NCBI GenBank assembly: GCA_013306035.1
Contig: JABUBF010000006.1
Location: 32,119 to 64,118, forward strand
Direction: 5' to 3'
Source: Nitrososphaerota archaeon
Lineage (GTDB): Archaea; Thermoproteota; Nitrososphaeria; Nitrososphaerales; UBA57
Length of the DNA: 32,000 nt
Part shown: positions 1 to 9,110 of the stretch, in pieces
How the letters are laid out: each line of letters begins with the position of its first letter
Numbering within the stretch: the first letter of the stretch is position 1
Notes under the pieces: model-generated
Database searches by the model: none
Told to the model about the DNA's origin: nothing
The model's input: the letters and a program-made list of their open reading frames with translations, nothing else
Program-made: the position numbers and the translations under genes

Positions 1-81
1 AGTAATCTTACCCGAGTGATTAGAGTAATTCGTAAACTCTGAATGTTTATTATTTATTCTAATTTATATAGAATAATTAGA

Positions 82-1044
82 ATGACCGATCTAAAAATAA
101 CTCTGCTTGGCACCTCTGGCGCTATTCCTACAAGTCAAAGAAATCTAATTTCTAATGTCATAATTCGAGATAATGAACTATTCATATTTGATACAGGCGA
201 ATCAATTCAGCAATCTATGATGAAAAATAAAGTTGGTATGAATCGCCCTACTCATATTTTTATCTCTCACATGCACGGAGATCATATCTTAGGTTTATTG
301 GGATTAATTCAAACTATGTCATTATTGTTGCGTGATAAACCTTTGTTTGTTTATGGCCCATCTGGAATCTCACGTTTTCTAAAATCTAATATAAGTATCT
401 TCAATATTAAATTAAATTTCAAATTAATTATTAAAGAAATTAACTCTGGATTAATTGTTAAAACTCAAGATTATAAAATCTATGCAAAGAAAGCTAATCA
501 TTCTATCTTAAATTATTCATATGTTTTTATTGAATCCGATCGCCCAGGAAAATTTTATGTTTCTAAAGCAAAAAAACTTGGAATTCCAGAAGGTTCACTT
601 TGGTCTAAACTTCAGAGTGGACATTCTATTCGTTATAATGGTAAATCTATCCGACCTACTGATGTTATGGGAAAGTCTCGACCTGGTAGAAAGATTGGTA
701 TTTCCGGTGATACAAGACCTTCCAAATCGTTAACTCATTTTTTTTCATCATGTGATATATTAATCCATGAATCTACTTTCTCAAATGATCAACAAGATTT
801 GGCCATTGAAAGATTTCATAGCACTTCTACCGAAGCTGCAAATGTTGCTAAAGAATCTTCTTCAACTATACTTATTCTTACTCATTTTAGTTCACGGTAT
901 AATGATGTTAAATTACTTGAAAAACAGGCATGTAAAGTCCATCGTAATACTATTGCAGGTAGAGATTTTATGACTTTTACTGTTCCTTACCGTGATGAAA
1001 AGCGATTGACTAAGTCTTATATCTTGGAACAAACCAGTCAATAA
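82..1044 (+). CDS. rnz: Ribonuclease Z (tRNA 3' endonuclease, metallo-beta-lactamase fold)
   Basis: ORF track 43..1044. I prefer the second in-frame ATG at 82 because MTDLKITLLGTSGAIP is the usual RNase Z N-terminus. The HxHxDH zinc motif is present as SHMHGDH. Later GDT, HES and THFS segments are typical of the family. Confidence 0.85.
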   Translation: MTDLKITLLGTSGAIPTSQRNLISNVIIRDNELFIFDTGESIQQSMMKNKVGMNRPTHIFISHMHGDHILGLLGLIQTMSLLLRDKPLFVYGPSGISRFLKSNISIFNIKLNFKLIIKEINSGLIVKTQDYKIYAKKANHSILNYSYVFIESDRPGKFYVSKAKKLGIPEGSLWSKLQSGHSIRYNGKSIRPTDVMGKSRPGRKIGISGDTRPSKSLTHFFSSCDILIHESTFSNDQQDLAIERFHSTSTEAANVAKESSSTILILTHFSSRYNDVKLLEKQACKVHRNTIAGRDFMTFTVPYRDEKRLTKSYILEQTSQ

Positions 1045-1420
1045 ATTCTAAAATATTTTCTGTCTTAATCTTCATGAATATCGGCCCTAAAGGTGACTCT
1101 TTGGAGTTTTCACAGATTACAATTGAATCTATTGCTGCAGCTTGTTTATTGAATAAAATATAAGTCATATCTTTTTCTGAATTTCTCATTAGCACCTTTC
1201 TAGCAATATGCGTTGTTTGTTTATTTCTCAATCTATCGTATAAATTCATTAATTTTTTATAATCGGTAGATTTTCCAATTATTTCCTTATCTTTCACATC
1301 ATAATCTATATCGACGATGTTTGTCATTGCATATATTAAATCGTTTTTATCTTCTGTCTTATTCAATTCTGTTTTTATTGTTATCTTGATATTATCTTGT
1401 AACTCTTCCATCTTATTCAC
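1010..1420 (-). CDS. Small archaeal protein resembling the DUF54/COG1931 putative RNA-binding family
   Basis: 136-aa ORF. Its GTG start at 1420 overlaps the TGA stop of the upstream kinase gene (GTGA); an alternative ATG lies at 1411. Size, C-terminal ...NKQAAAIDSIV...ESPLGPIFMKI... pattern and operonic position after a UPF0200-type kinase recall the DUF54 family. This is recalled from memory, not searched. The 3' end overlaps the rnz 3' end by 35 nt (convergent). Confidence 0.45.
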   Translation of the reverse strand: MNKMEELQDNIKITIKTELNKTEDKNDLIYAMTNIVDIDYDVKDKEIIGKSTDYKKLMNLYDRLRNKQTTHIARKVLMRNSEKDMTYILFNKQAAAIDSIVICENSKESPLGPIFMKIKTENILEFIDWFVPRYKT

Positions 1421-1968
1421 ATCAAATTATGCAGAATTGATTCAGTTTTTCTCGCATATTCCTCTTTTATTAATCCGACGTTTTCGATAATTATGTCTGC
1501 CCTTTCCATAACTTGACCTAGTCCTATCTCTAATTCTTTGCTATCTCGTCGATTAAACTCTTCTTTATCAATTGGCGCATCACTACGTTTTCTTTCTAGT
1601 AAAAATTTCATCCTTTGTTCAGAAGTATTACTGATTAATACTATTTTGACATCTCCTATCTTCGTAAATAATTCAATTTCCTCAATATTTCTAATTCCAT
1701 CAATTATTATATTCTCATTAGTTATCTCATTTATCTTATCTATACACATGTTTGCAACTGCATTATTCCCTCTTTCTTTTCTCAATTCTCGCATTAATCT
1801 AGATAAAGATTCTGAATCATTATCTACTCCCCTATTTTCTGCTTCTTTTCTAACTTGATTTCCCATTATAATTAATTCATATCCTAATCTTTTTCCTATT
1901 TCACAAAATAGTGACTTTCCTGCACCTGGTAAACCAGTAACACAAATCAACTTCTTTCTTTTTACCAT
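1417..1968 (-). CDS. P-loop nucleotide kinase of the archaeal UPF0200 / dephospho-CoA-kinase-like family
   Basis: ORF track 1417..1977 begins at a GTG; the ATG at 1968 gives MVKRKKLICVTGLPGAGKS with a Walker A motif GLPGAGKS. Downstream IIDGIRNIEEIE and RDSKELEIGLG segments match the pattern I recall for UPF0200 proteins. Confidence 0.6.
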   Translation of the reverse strand: MVKRKKLICVTGLPGAGKSLFCEIGKRLGYELIIMGNQVRKEAENRGVDNDSESLSRLMRELRKERGNNAVANMCIDKINEITNENIIIDGIRNIEEIELFTKIGDVKIVLISNTSEQRMKFLLERKRSDAPIDKEEFNRRDSKELEIGLGQVMERADIIIENVGLIKEEYARKTESILHNLM

Positions 1969-2017
1969 AACGAACACAATTAATAAGTAGTTTTTGTTAA
2001 TATGTTTGAGTGATTAA

Positions 2018-3415
2018 TTGGACATTAACTCGATTAAAAAATTAGTGTTAAAAAAGCATAAACCAGAATCATCATATAATAAACAATTATCTAAATTTGC
2101 TAATAATCTCATAGACAAACTTTGGCGTAATAATTATCAAGATCAACAAAAATCACCTATTTTTCCAATATCTGATATTGTATTAGGAGGTTCAGTCGCC
2201 AAAGGAACTTGGTTAAAAGACTCTGCCGACATAGATATTTTTATCAAACTTGACGCAGATTCAAATAGGACTGATTTGGAACATTCACTTGAAATAGGAA
2301 AAAATACCCTCGATTCATTAAAAGGATATTCTTGGTCCTTGCGTTATTCTGAACATCCATATATCGAAGCTGAAACTAAATTTCTAGGTAAAATAATAAA
2401 AATTAATATTGTTTCATGTTTTGATGTAAATCCAAAAGACTGGAAAAGCGCAGCAGATAGGTCTCCACATCATACTGATTATATTCTCGATAAATTCACT
2501 CCTAAAATGAAGGATGAAGTTAGAATATTGAAACAATTCCTGATTTCGAATAAAATCTATGGCGCTGAAATTAAAATTCAAGGATTTAGTGGCTATGTAT
2601 GTGAATTGCTTATTCTCAAGTACAAAAATTTTAACAATTTACTAAAACACATGGGCAATTTTAGTCCAGAAACTAGCATTTATTTTGATGAATCTCATTC
2701 TAAATTCACTAAATTACATAACTCTCCGATGATAATGCTTGATCCCGTAGACCCTAAAAGAAATCTTGGAACTGCCATCTCCTCTCAAAATCTTAATAAA
2801 TTTATTTATCTCTCTACCAAATTTTTGAATAATCCTTCTAATAAATTCTTTATTTCAAATAAAACCAAATTTAATGAATCCCTATCAGATAATCTAATAC
2901 TAGTTTATTTTAAACACGATAAAAAAACTATAGATACCTTGTGGGGACAATTACGTAGATCCTTTAACCATACTTCTAAATATCTCTCAAAAAATAATTT
3001 CAATATCATTCGTTCTACTATTTCCAGTAATGACGAAGACCAAAGTGCCTTTATCTTTCTGCTTGAAAATCTATCTATCTCAAATACTCGCCTTCATATT
3101 GGTCCTTCTTCTCATATGAAAAATGAATCAATTGCCTTTATTCAAAAGAATAAACGACAATCTCTATCTTTCTGGATCGATTCAGATGGGATACTTAATT
3201 CACTACAACCTAGACAATATTCACGAATTAAAGATCTAATTACTTCTTCTATTAATTCTAATAATGTACTTGGTATAGCTCCTGGAATTAAGGATTCGTT
3301 TGATAAAACCTCTAAGATTTATATTGGCCAATCTGTAATTTCTTTTTCAACTAATAAATCTTGGCTATATGACTCTTTAGGTGATGTTATTGGAACTGAA
3401 TCGTACTTATCTTGA
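2018..3415 (+). CDS. cca: CCA-adding enzyme (archaeal class I tRNA nucleotidyltransferase)
   Basis: 465-aa ORF with the nucleotidyltransferase signature LGGSVAKGTWLKDSADIDIF (GS...DxD) and the RSPHHTDY segment typical of archaeal CCA enzymes. The TTG start at 2018 follows an in-frame TAA at 2015-2017. The first in-frame ATG lies beyond the catalytic motif. Confidence 0.85.
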   Translation: MDINSIKKLVLKKHKPESSYNKQLSKFANNLIDKLWRNNYQDQQKSPIFPISDIVLGGSVAKGTWLKDSADIDIFIKLDADSNRTDLEHSLEIGKNTLDSLKGYSWSLRYSEHPYIEAETKFLGKIIKINIVSCFDVNPKDWKSAADRSPHHTDYILDKFTPKMKDEVRILKQFLISNKIYGAEIKIQGFSGYVCELLILKYKNFNNLLKHMGNFSPETSIYFDESHSKFTKLHNSPMIMLDPVDPKRNLGTAISSQNLNKFIYLSTKFLNNPSNKFFISNKTKFNESLSDNLILVYFKHDKKTIDTLWGQLRRSFNHTSKYLSKNNFNIIRSTISSNDEDQSAFIFLLENLSISNTRLHIGPSSHMKNESIAFIQKNKRQSLSFWIDSDGILNSLQPRQYSRIKDLITSSINSNNVLGIAPGIKDSFDKTSKIYIGQSVISFSTNKSWLYDSLGDVIGTESYLS

Positions 3416-4151
3416 TATCAATAAACGTACAAATAATGAAATTTTACAATATCTTCTTTGCTATCCTAAATATGATAATAATTTATTCAAATTGCGATTG
3501 CAAGAATTAAAACAACTTGGTATACAACGTCTTGAATTGGTCGGCCCTACAATAATAAATGGTAATGCAATTCTTGGCAAGGGCACTAGAGGAATAGTAA
3601 TAAAAGCTCATTCTAAAAATTTTTATTGTGCATTAAAAATTAGAAGATTAGATTCCCCTCGAATTAATTTATTAAATGAAGTAAAAATTCAATCATACGT
3701 AAATTCATTTGGTGTTGGACCTAAAATAATTAACTACTCTGATAATTTTATTATGATGGAATTAATTAATGGTAAAGTATTATCTGATTTTTATCTTATG
3801 CCTTCTATTAATACTGAGATAATCCGCCGTATGATTAAATCATTATTGAATCAGTGTTATAAACTCGATCTCTATGGAATTGATCATGGTGAATTGAGCG
3901 ATTTACGTAAACACGTGATAATTAATCAACGTGTTAATATTATTGATTTTGACTCTTCTAGCACTAATCGAAAAACATCTAATCTTACCTCTTGTATTCA
4001 ATATCTATTTATTGGTGGTCCTCAATCCAAAACATTTCAAACTCTGTTTGATATTGATATTGATAATATGATTCTTTTACTCCGTCAGTATAAATTAAAT
4101 AAAAATTATTTAAACTTCTCTCATTTACTCAATCTCTTGAACATGAATTAA
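3381..4151 (+). CDS. Atypical RIO/Bud32-like Ser/Thr protein kinase (COG2112-like)
   Basis: Contains a Gly-rich loop LGKGTRGIV, a conserved Lys context CALKIRR, a catalytic-loop-like IDHGELSDLRKH and a metal-binding-like IIDFDSS. The start is GTG 3381 or ATG 3384 and overlaps the cca 3' end by about 32-35 nt, so the start is uncertain. Confidence 0.55.
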   Translation: MMLLELNRTYLDINKRTNNEILQYLLCYPKYDNNLFKLRLQELKQLGIQRLELVGPTIINGNAILGKGTRGIVIKAHSKNFYCALKIRRLDSPRINLLNEVKIQSYVNSFGVGPKIINYSDNFIMMELINGKVLSDFYLMPSINTEIIRRMIKSLLNQCYKLDLYGIDHGELSDLRKHVIINQRVNIIDFDSSSTNRKTSNLTSCIQYLFIGGPQSKTFQTLFDIDIDNMILLLRQYKLNKNYLNFSHLLNLLNMN

Positions 4152-4178
4152 ATACGTTAGTGAGTTTAATTTTTACAT

Positions 4179-4312
4179 GGGGCCGTTGTCTAGTTATTTA
4201 GATTATTATTCTATTTAGGAAAACTTGGTCTAAGATGCCAGAATAATTAATGGCAAACCTGGGGACTTTGTTTGAATGCTGGTGATCGCGTGTTCAAATC
4301 ACGCCGGCCCCA
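4179..4312 (+). tRNA. tRNA-Pro (anticodon GGG at 4261-4263) with three putative introns
   Basis: Acceptor GGGGCCG/CGGCCCC, discriminator A4312, T-arm GCGTG-TTCAAAT-CACGC. The 134-nt locus gives a perfect 75-nt cloverleaf if 4194-4224 (31 nt, D-loop), 4242-4257 (16 nt, between positions 30/31) and 4265-4276 (12 nt, canonical 37/38) are removed. The result has D-arm GTCT-AGTTGGTCTA-AGAT and anticodon arm CCAGC-CTGGGGT-GCTGG. Boundaries may shift by 1-2 nt. The isotype depends on this splicing model. Confidence 0.7.
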
Positions 4313-4315
4313 TCT

Positions 4316-5038
4316 CTAATAACCAAAGAAAATTATACTGATGAACGATATTGATGTGATAAACATCACGATTAAATCTTGTTTAATTAATTGAAGAGAA
4401 TATAGCGATGTCGGATTCTTACTGATTCCATAACCTCTTGATTCCATAGCTTCTGCAAGCTCTCCACTTCTTATTACTTCGTTTATTATTAATGGCACTA
4501 ATATTGGAATAAATTTCTTGATTCTTATAATTGGATTTCCTTTTTCTAATTCAAGCCCTCTTGATTTTTGAGCATCAATTATTTGCAATGTATCCATTAA
4601 TATCACTGGAACAAATCTTACTGATGTTACGAATGCAAATACCAAATCTCTTGGTAATCTGAACCATCTTAATACATATTCTAATTCATCTGGAGACGTT
4701 ACGAGGAAAAATAATGACGTAGAACAAACTATTGCAATAAATCTTAACGCAATTTGTATTGAATATACCAAACTATACCCCGCAAAATAATTTATTATCA
4801 AAATTAATGCTGAAAATCCTGTAGCAAAAATCATCGTTCTTAACAACCTTTTTGTTATTTTGCCTAATAGCGAGAATATCGATATCGCTATGAATATTAT
4901 AGCTAGATTGTATAAATTTGATACTAATAGTGCAAGTGTAAATAATTGTATTGAGATTAGTAACTTAACTCTTGGATCTAGTTTATGTATGATTGAATTA
5001 CTTTTCCTATAAATAAATCCGTTAGCTATGAAATACAT
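4316..5038 (-). CDS. ecfT: ECF transporter transmembrane T component (EcfT/CbiQ family)
   Basis: 240-aa hydrophobic ORF immediately following two EcfA-type ATPase genes. The segment SVRFVPVILMDTLQIIDAQKSRGLE matches the conserved CbiQ/EcfT coupling-helix region. Confidence 0.8.
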   Translation of the reverse strand: MYFIANGFIYRKSNSIIHKLDPRVKLLISIQLFTLALLVSNLYNLAIIFIAISIFSLLGKITKRLLRTMIFATGFSALILIINYFAGYSLVYSIQIALRFIAIVCSTSLFFLVTSPDELEYVLRWFRLPRDLVFAFVTSVRFVPVILMDTLQIIDAQKSRGLELEKGNPIIRIKKFIPILVPLIINEVIRSGELAEAMESRGYGISKNPTSLYSLQLIKQDLIVMFITSISFISIIFFGY

Positions 5039-5848
5039 TCATTCCTCCATTAAACCCTGAATTCTTTTACATGCATCCTCTAGATTAATTGGAATATCCT
5101 TTTCAATCCCTAGACCATTAAATATTTTAATTATTTGTGGTGGAATTAGTCCTACTTTATTCATTAATTCTTTATCTGTAAAAATCTTTTCTGGATGATT
5201 AATCTCTATTATTCTTCCATCTGACATTGTTATTATATTTGGTTGCAATCTCCATAAAAATTCAATGTCATGTGAAATGATGATTATTGTTTTATTATTA
5301 CTATGTAGTGTATTTATGAATTCAAATAAAATATTCTTTTGTAACTCATCTTGTCCTACAGTTGGTTCATCTAGAATCAATATCTCTGGATTCCATGCCA
5401 ATACTGATGCTAAACATACTTTCTTTTTTTCTCCTCCGCTAAGTTTTAATGGAGATATTTCCTCATATTTCCTCAAATTAAATAAATCTGTCATTAATTC
5501 GTATCTCTCATCTATGTAATCCTGATCAAATCCAAAATTCTTTAATCCAAATAATATTTCATTCTTTACTGTATCTGCAAATAATTGATGATTTGCATTC
5601 TGAAATACCATTCCTACATTTCTTGATAATTCTGCTACTGATGACTTCTTTGTACTATTGTTCTCTATTGTTACTTCGCCCTCTGACGGTTTTAATAATC
5701 CATTTATGTGTTTTACTAAAGTTGTTTTTCCTGCTCCATTATTCCCTACAATTGCTGTAATTGAATTCTTTTTAATTTTTAGATTGATATTATCTAACGC
5801 ATTTGTTCCACCTGGATGATTATAACTTACTTGTTTAAATTCTATCAA
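5039..5848 (-). CDS. ecfA: ECF transporter ATPase component (EcfA/CbiO-type ABC ATPase)
   Basis: Walker A GNNGAGKTT, ABC signature LSGGEKKK, Walker B ILILDEPT and H-loop SHD. It abuts ecfT with a 0-nt gap and overlaps the upstream ATPase gene by 4 nt. Confidence 0.85.
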   Translation of the reverse strand: MIEFKQVSYNHPGGTNALDNINLKIKKNSITAIVGNNGAGKTTLVKHINGLLKPSEGEVTIENNSTKKSSVAELSRNVGMVFQNANHQLFADTVKNEILFGLKNFGFDQDYIDERYELMTDLFNLRKYEEISPLKLSGGEKKKVCLASVLAWNPEILILDEPTVGQDELQKNILFEFINTLHSNNKTIIIISHDIEFLWRLQPNIITMSDGRIIEINHPEKIFTDKELMNKVGLIPPQIIKIFNGLGIEKDIPINLEDACKRIQGLMEE

Positions 5849-6693
5849 CTTTTCTTCCTTACCTCATTTATCATGTCGTCTGCACAAGTTACTGGTTTAG
5901 AAAATTCTACATGTGCTTTTGCAAGTTCTCTATATATCTTTGTAGAAAAAGGAATACCTAATTCAGGTATGATAAGTTTTTTATAATTAAATACATTTTC
6001 TGGTTTATCATTAGAAACTATCTTTCCATTAGATAAGATAATTAATCTATCTGCATATTTCAGAACTAAGTCTAATCGGTGTTCTACAATAATTATTGAT
6101 ATTCCATTTTCTCTACATAATTTATTCATTAATTCCATAAATTCTGACGCTGTTTTTGGATCTAATAGAGAAGTTGGCTCATCTAAAATTAAAATTTTTG
6201 GCTCCATTGCCAAAACTCCTGCCAATGCAGTTCTTTGTTTCTGTCCATCTGATAGTTCATGTGGTGCTTTTTCTGCCAAGTGTGTTATGTTTAGTGTCTC
6301 CATTATTTTTTTAATTCTTTCTTTTATTATTTCTTGTTCAATACCTAAATTTTCTAATCCAAAAGCAATGTCTCTCTCTACTGAAAACATAAAAATTTGA
6401 TTTTCTGGGTTTTGAAATACGAATCCTACTCGTTCAGCTATTTCTTTTATTTCTGCATCTTTAATTCTTATTCCATCTACTATTACTTCTCCTGAATATT
6501 CTCCATCATACATATTTGGTATTAACCCTACAATGGATCTCAGTAAAGTAGATTTTCCACACCCTGTTGGTCCTGCTAAAACTGTTATTTCATTTGATTC
6601 AATACTCAGATTAATATTTTCTAATATGTTGGTCTTTGACGAACTATACTTGAATGAAAAATCATTGAATTTTATTATCTCTTCTTTAGACAT
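5845..6693 (-). CDS. ecfA: ECF transporter ATPase component (second EcfA/CbiO-type ABC ATPase)
   Basis: Walker A GPTGCGKST, signature LSDGQKQR, Walker B ILILDEPT and H-loop VEHR. Confidence 0.85.
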   Translation of the reverse strand: MSKEEIIKFNDFSFKYSSSKTNILENINLSIESNEITVLAGPTGCGKSTLLRSIVGLIPNMYDGEYSGEVIVDGIRIKDAEIKEIAERVGFVFQNPENQIFMFSVERDIAFGLENLGIEQEIIKERIKKIMETLNITHLAEKAPHELSDGQKQRTALAGVLAMEPKILILDEPTSLLDPKTASEFMELMNKLCRENGISIIIVEHRLDLVLKYADRLIILSNGKIVSNDKPENVFNYKKLIIPELGIPFSTKIYRELAKAHVEFSKPVTCADDMINEVRKKS

Positions 6694-6725
6694 TATTTCT
6701 GATAAATTCTAATTACATAATAGTA

Positions 6726-7097
6726 TTATTGAGTATTAGCACCTGTTGTACTTCTTTTCATTGCCTCATCAAGCTTTTCTTGCACTTCTTTAAGACTCTC
6801 TTTCAATCTTTCTTCTTGTTTGTTTAATACTGTTATTTTTGTATTTGAAAGATCCTTTGATTCTGTTAAATTTTTTACTACATCTGCTTTGTTACTCGAT
6901 ACCATTACTGTACCTGCAGATTTGTATACTTTCACATCATCTGCCGATTTATTTAATTCTTCTAACGCTTTATCGATCTCTATACTTTCCAAATCAATTT
7001 GTTGTTTCTGTACTAAAATTGATTGTAGATTCTGTTGTAATTGTTCATATCTTTCTAATTGTTCTTTTAACCATGGTGGCACCTCTTGATTACTCAT
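6726..7097 (-). CDS. pfdB: Prefoldin beta subunit
   Basis: 123-aa coiled-coil protein. It has an N-terminal LKEQLERYEQLQQNLQSILVQKQQIDLE coil, a central beta-hairpin region VYKSAGTVMV and a C-terminal coil. Its position downstream of L37Ae/Pcc1 matches other archaeal exosome superoperons. Confidence 0.8.
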   Translation of the reverse strand: MSNQEVPPWLKEQLERYEQLQQNLQSILVQKQQIDLESIEIDKALEELNKSADDVKVYKSAGTVMVSSNKADVVKNLTESKDLSNTKITVLNKQEERLKESLKEVQEKLDEAMKRSTTGANTQ

Positions 7098-7133
7098 ACT
7101 GTAATCGATTTGCTTTTTACTATAAATAAAGCT

Positions 7134-7367
7134 TTATTCTGTTAGAATATCGTAAGACACTTTTGCTGCACGAATATGAGATGATATTTTTGCACGTAGT
7201 TCTGATATTTCTTTTGCTTTAATCTCCATAACTAGTTTATCATTTCTAGCTTGAATAGAATCAGTCTCCTTAATATCTTGTTTTATTGATTCTTTTACTA
7301 ATTCTGATGATTTTTTATTAGTTTTTATTCTAATCGTTGCTGATATTTTATACTGTTGTTGTTTCAT
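7134..7367 (-). CDS. pcc1: KEOPS complex subunit Pcc1-like protein
   Basis: 77-aa ORF. The segment KLVMEIKAKEISELRAKISSHIRAAKVSYDIL resembles the conserved C-terminal strand-helix of archaeal Pcc1. It sits between rpl37ae and pfdB, the conserved superoperon position. It overlaps rpl37ae by 20 nt. Confidence 0.55.
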   Translation of the reverse strand: MKQQQYKISATIRIKTNKKSSELVKESIKQDIKETDSIQARNDKLVMEIKAKEISELRAKISSHIRAAKVSYDILTE

Positions 7368-7563
7368 ATGCTGAATCCGCTACTTTAAATTTACATTTAT
7401 TACATGTCCAAATTCCTATTGCAACTCTTTTGAATTTAATTGAATTACATTCAGGACAATTTCTTTTTTGTCGAAGACTTGTGGTTACTTTTGTATGTTT
7501 TTTTCTAACGGAAGCACCGAATTTAGCTCCAAATTCAGTCGTTGTCTTTGTTTTACGAGCCAT
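7348..7563 (-). CDS. rpl37ae: Ribosomal protein L37Ae (eL43)
   Basis: 71 aa, with GAKFGASVRKK and a C4 zinc ribbon CPECNS...CNKC. Confidence 0.85.
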   Translation of the reverse strand: MARKTKTTTEFGAKFGASVRKKHTKVTTSLRQKRNCPECNSIKFKRVAIGIWTCNKCKFKVADSAYETTTV

Positions 7564-8380
7564 TCTTTACTGCCTCTCTTATTTTTACTCTTATTTCATC
7601 ACCTTTTTCTTTTGAAATAACAGAAATTTCTTTTAATTCATCAAAAGTAAAACCTCCAGGTTTACCCTTTTGTCCAGACACATATTTTCCATTTTCATCT
7701 GTTACTAATGTTACTCTGGCGGTTGCCATTTCTTGCTCATCTGCATTTGGATCTATTATTATTTTGTCTTCTATTTTTGCAAATGTTGTTGATACAGGTA
7801 CTGATTTTATTGGTAATGGCTGTTTTTCGTCTAACATTTTTACTTCATCATTTTCGATTGTAAATTTATTCATATCTGCCATTAATAGCGCAGTTGTTGC
7901 TGCATAGGAAACTGCATCGAATAAATTACCATCTTCATTAATTACTGCAACGTCGATATACACTGAATATACTCGTTCGCCTTCTTTAATACACAATTCT
8001 TTTATGTCAATCATTCCAGATTCTCTAATTCCTCTATCTGAAACTCTTGATAGTTCTATTGTATTTTCATCTGGTGGTCCAGGTTCAATATATTGTGAAC
8101 AAATAGGTAACATCTCTGCATTACAAGTCATTACTCCTTCTGCAGGCGTATCTGGAAATGGGTTTGCAGTTTCAACCTTTATTCCTGCCCAAACTTCTGA
8201 TTCTCCTAGCTTGACTCTTGCAGAACCGTTTGTCTTGTCTTTTAGTATATTTGTTTCTATCTCTAAATTTCTATAATCAAGTAATCCTCTTTCATCTAAT
8301 CTAGTAGAATTTGCAAGATTTGAAATTATACTTTCTCTAGTAATTGAATCTACGATTCTATGTTTTTTCACTGCAGGCAT
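7553..8380 (-). CDS. rrp42: Exosome complex RNase PH-like subunit Rrp42
   Basis: 275 aa. It has the N-terminal RLDERGLLDYRNLEIET and NGSARVKLGESEV motifs of the non-catalytic RNase PH ring subunit and lies directly downstream of rrp41. Confidence 0.85.
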   Translation of the reverse strand: MPAVKKHRIVDSITRESIISNLANSTRLDERGLLDYRNLEIETNILKDKTNGSARVKLGESEVWAGIKVETANPFPDTPAEGVMTCNAEMLPICSQYIEPGPPDENTIELSRVSDRGIRESGMIDIKELCIKEGERVYSVYIDVAVINEDGNLFDAVSYAATTALLMADMNKFTIENDEVKMLDEKQPLPIKSVPVSTTFAKIEDKIIIDPNADEQEMATARVTLVTDENGKYVSGQKGKPGGFTFDELKEISVISKEKGDEIRVKIREAVKNGS

Positions 8381-8383
8381 CTC

Positions 8384-9103
8384 TTATTCCTCCTTGTTCC
8401 CATTCTTACCATCGAAATATTTCTCTGATAATGCATCACGTTGTAATTTGTATAGTTTGTCACAACCTGTTTTTGCTAATTCTAATGCTTTATCAAATTC
8501 TTCTTTTGATAAGTTTCCATCTAGTTGAAACAGGGTGATTAAACCTGTATTTGGTAATAATGCTATTGGCATATCCGCTTCTCCTGTTTTGTCTTCAGTA
8601 TCGTCCACGTCCAATACAACTTGTCCATCAACTTTACCTGCTGCACATGCAGTTACAAGATCTCTCATGTTAATTCCTGCATCTGCTAATGCAGTGGATG
8701 CTGCATTTATCGCAGCGCATCTTGAACCTCCATCTGATTGAAGAACCTCAATATATATCTCGATTGCAGTTCTAGGATAATCTTCCATTATAATTGCTGG
8801 CTGTAATGCTTCTCTTATTACTTTTGATATTTCTATCTCTCTTCTTGATATATTTGGTCTTTTTCTTGTATCTGTAGAAAATGGCATCATGTGATATCTA
8901 CACTTTATAATTGCTCTATCTGAAATCATCATATGTTTTGGATGTACTTCCTTTGGTCCAAATACTGCAGCCATGATTTTGTTTTTTCCAAATTCAATTA
9001 ATGCAGATCCGTCTGCATTTTTTATTACTCCTGCTTTGATCGAAACATTCCGAAGCTCATCAGGAGCTCTTCCACTAATTCTCTCTATATTATTTTTTGA
9101 CAA
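8384..9103 (-). CDS. rrp41: Exosome complex exonuclease Rrp41 (RNase PH domain)
   Basis: 239 aa, with GRAPDELRNVSIKAGV, ADGSALIEFGKNKIMAAVFGP and SDGGSRCAAINAASTALADAGI, which are typical RNase PH motifs. Confidence 0.9.
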   Translation of the reverse strand: MSKNNIERISGRAPDELRNVSIKAGVIKNADGSALIEFGKNKIMAAVFGPKEVHPKHMMISDRAIIKCRYHMMPFSTDTRKRPNISRREIEISKVIREALQPAIIMEDYPRTAIEIYIEVLQSDGGSRCAAINAASTALADAGINMRDLVTACAAGKVDGQVVLDVDDTEDKTGEADMPIALLPNTGLITLFQLDGNLSKEEFDKALELAKTGCDKLYKLQRDALSEKYFDGKNGNKEE

Positions 9104-9110
9104 TATTAAA

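Noticed and set aside
1010-1044. 35-nt convergent overlap of the rnz and DUF54-like gene 3' ends. Similar shared or abutting stop codons occur at 12857-12863, 22081-22084 and 29598-29603.
   Set aside because: This is consistent with general genome compaction, and no additional structure or signal was seen. It is noted as a property of the window rather than a feature.
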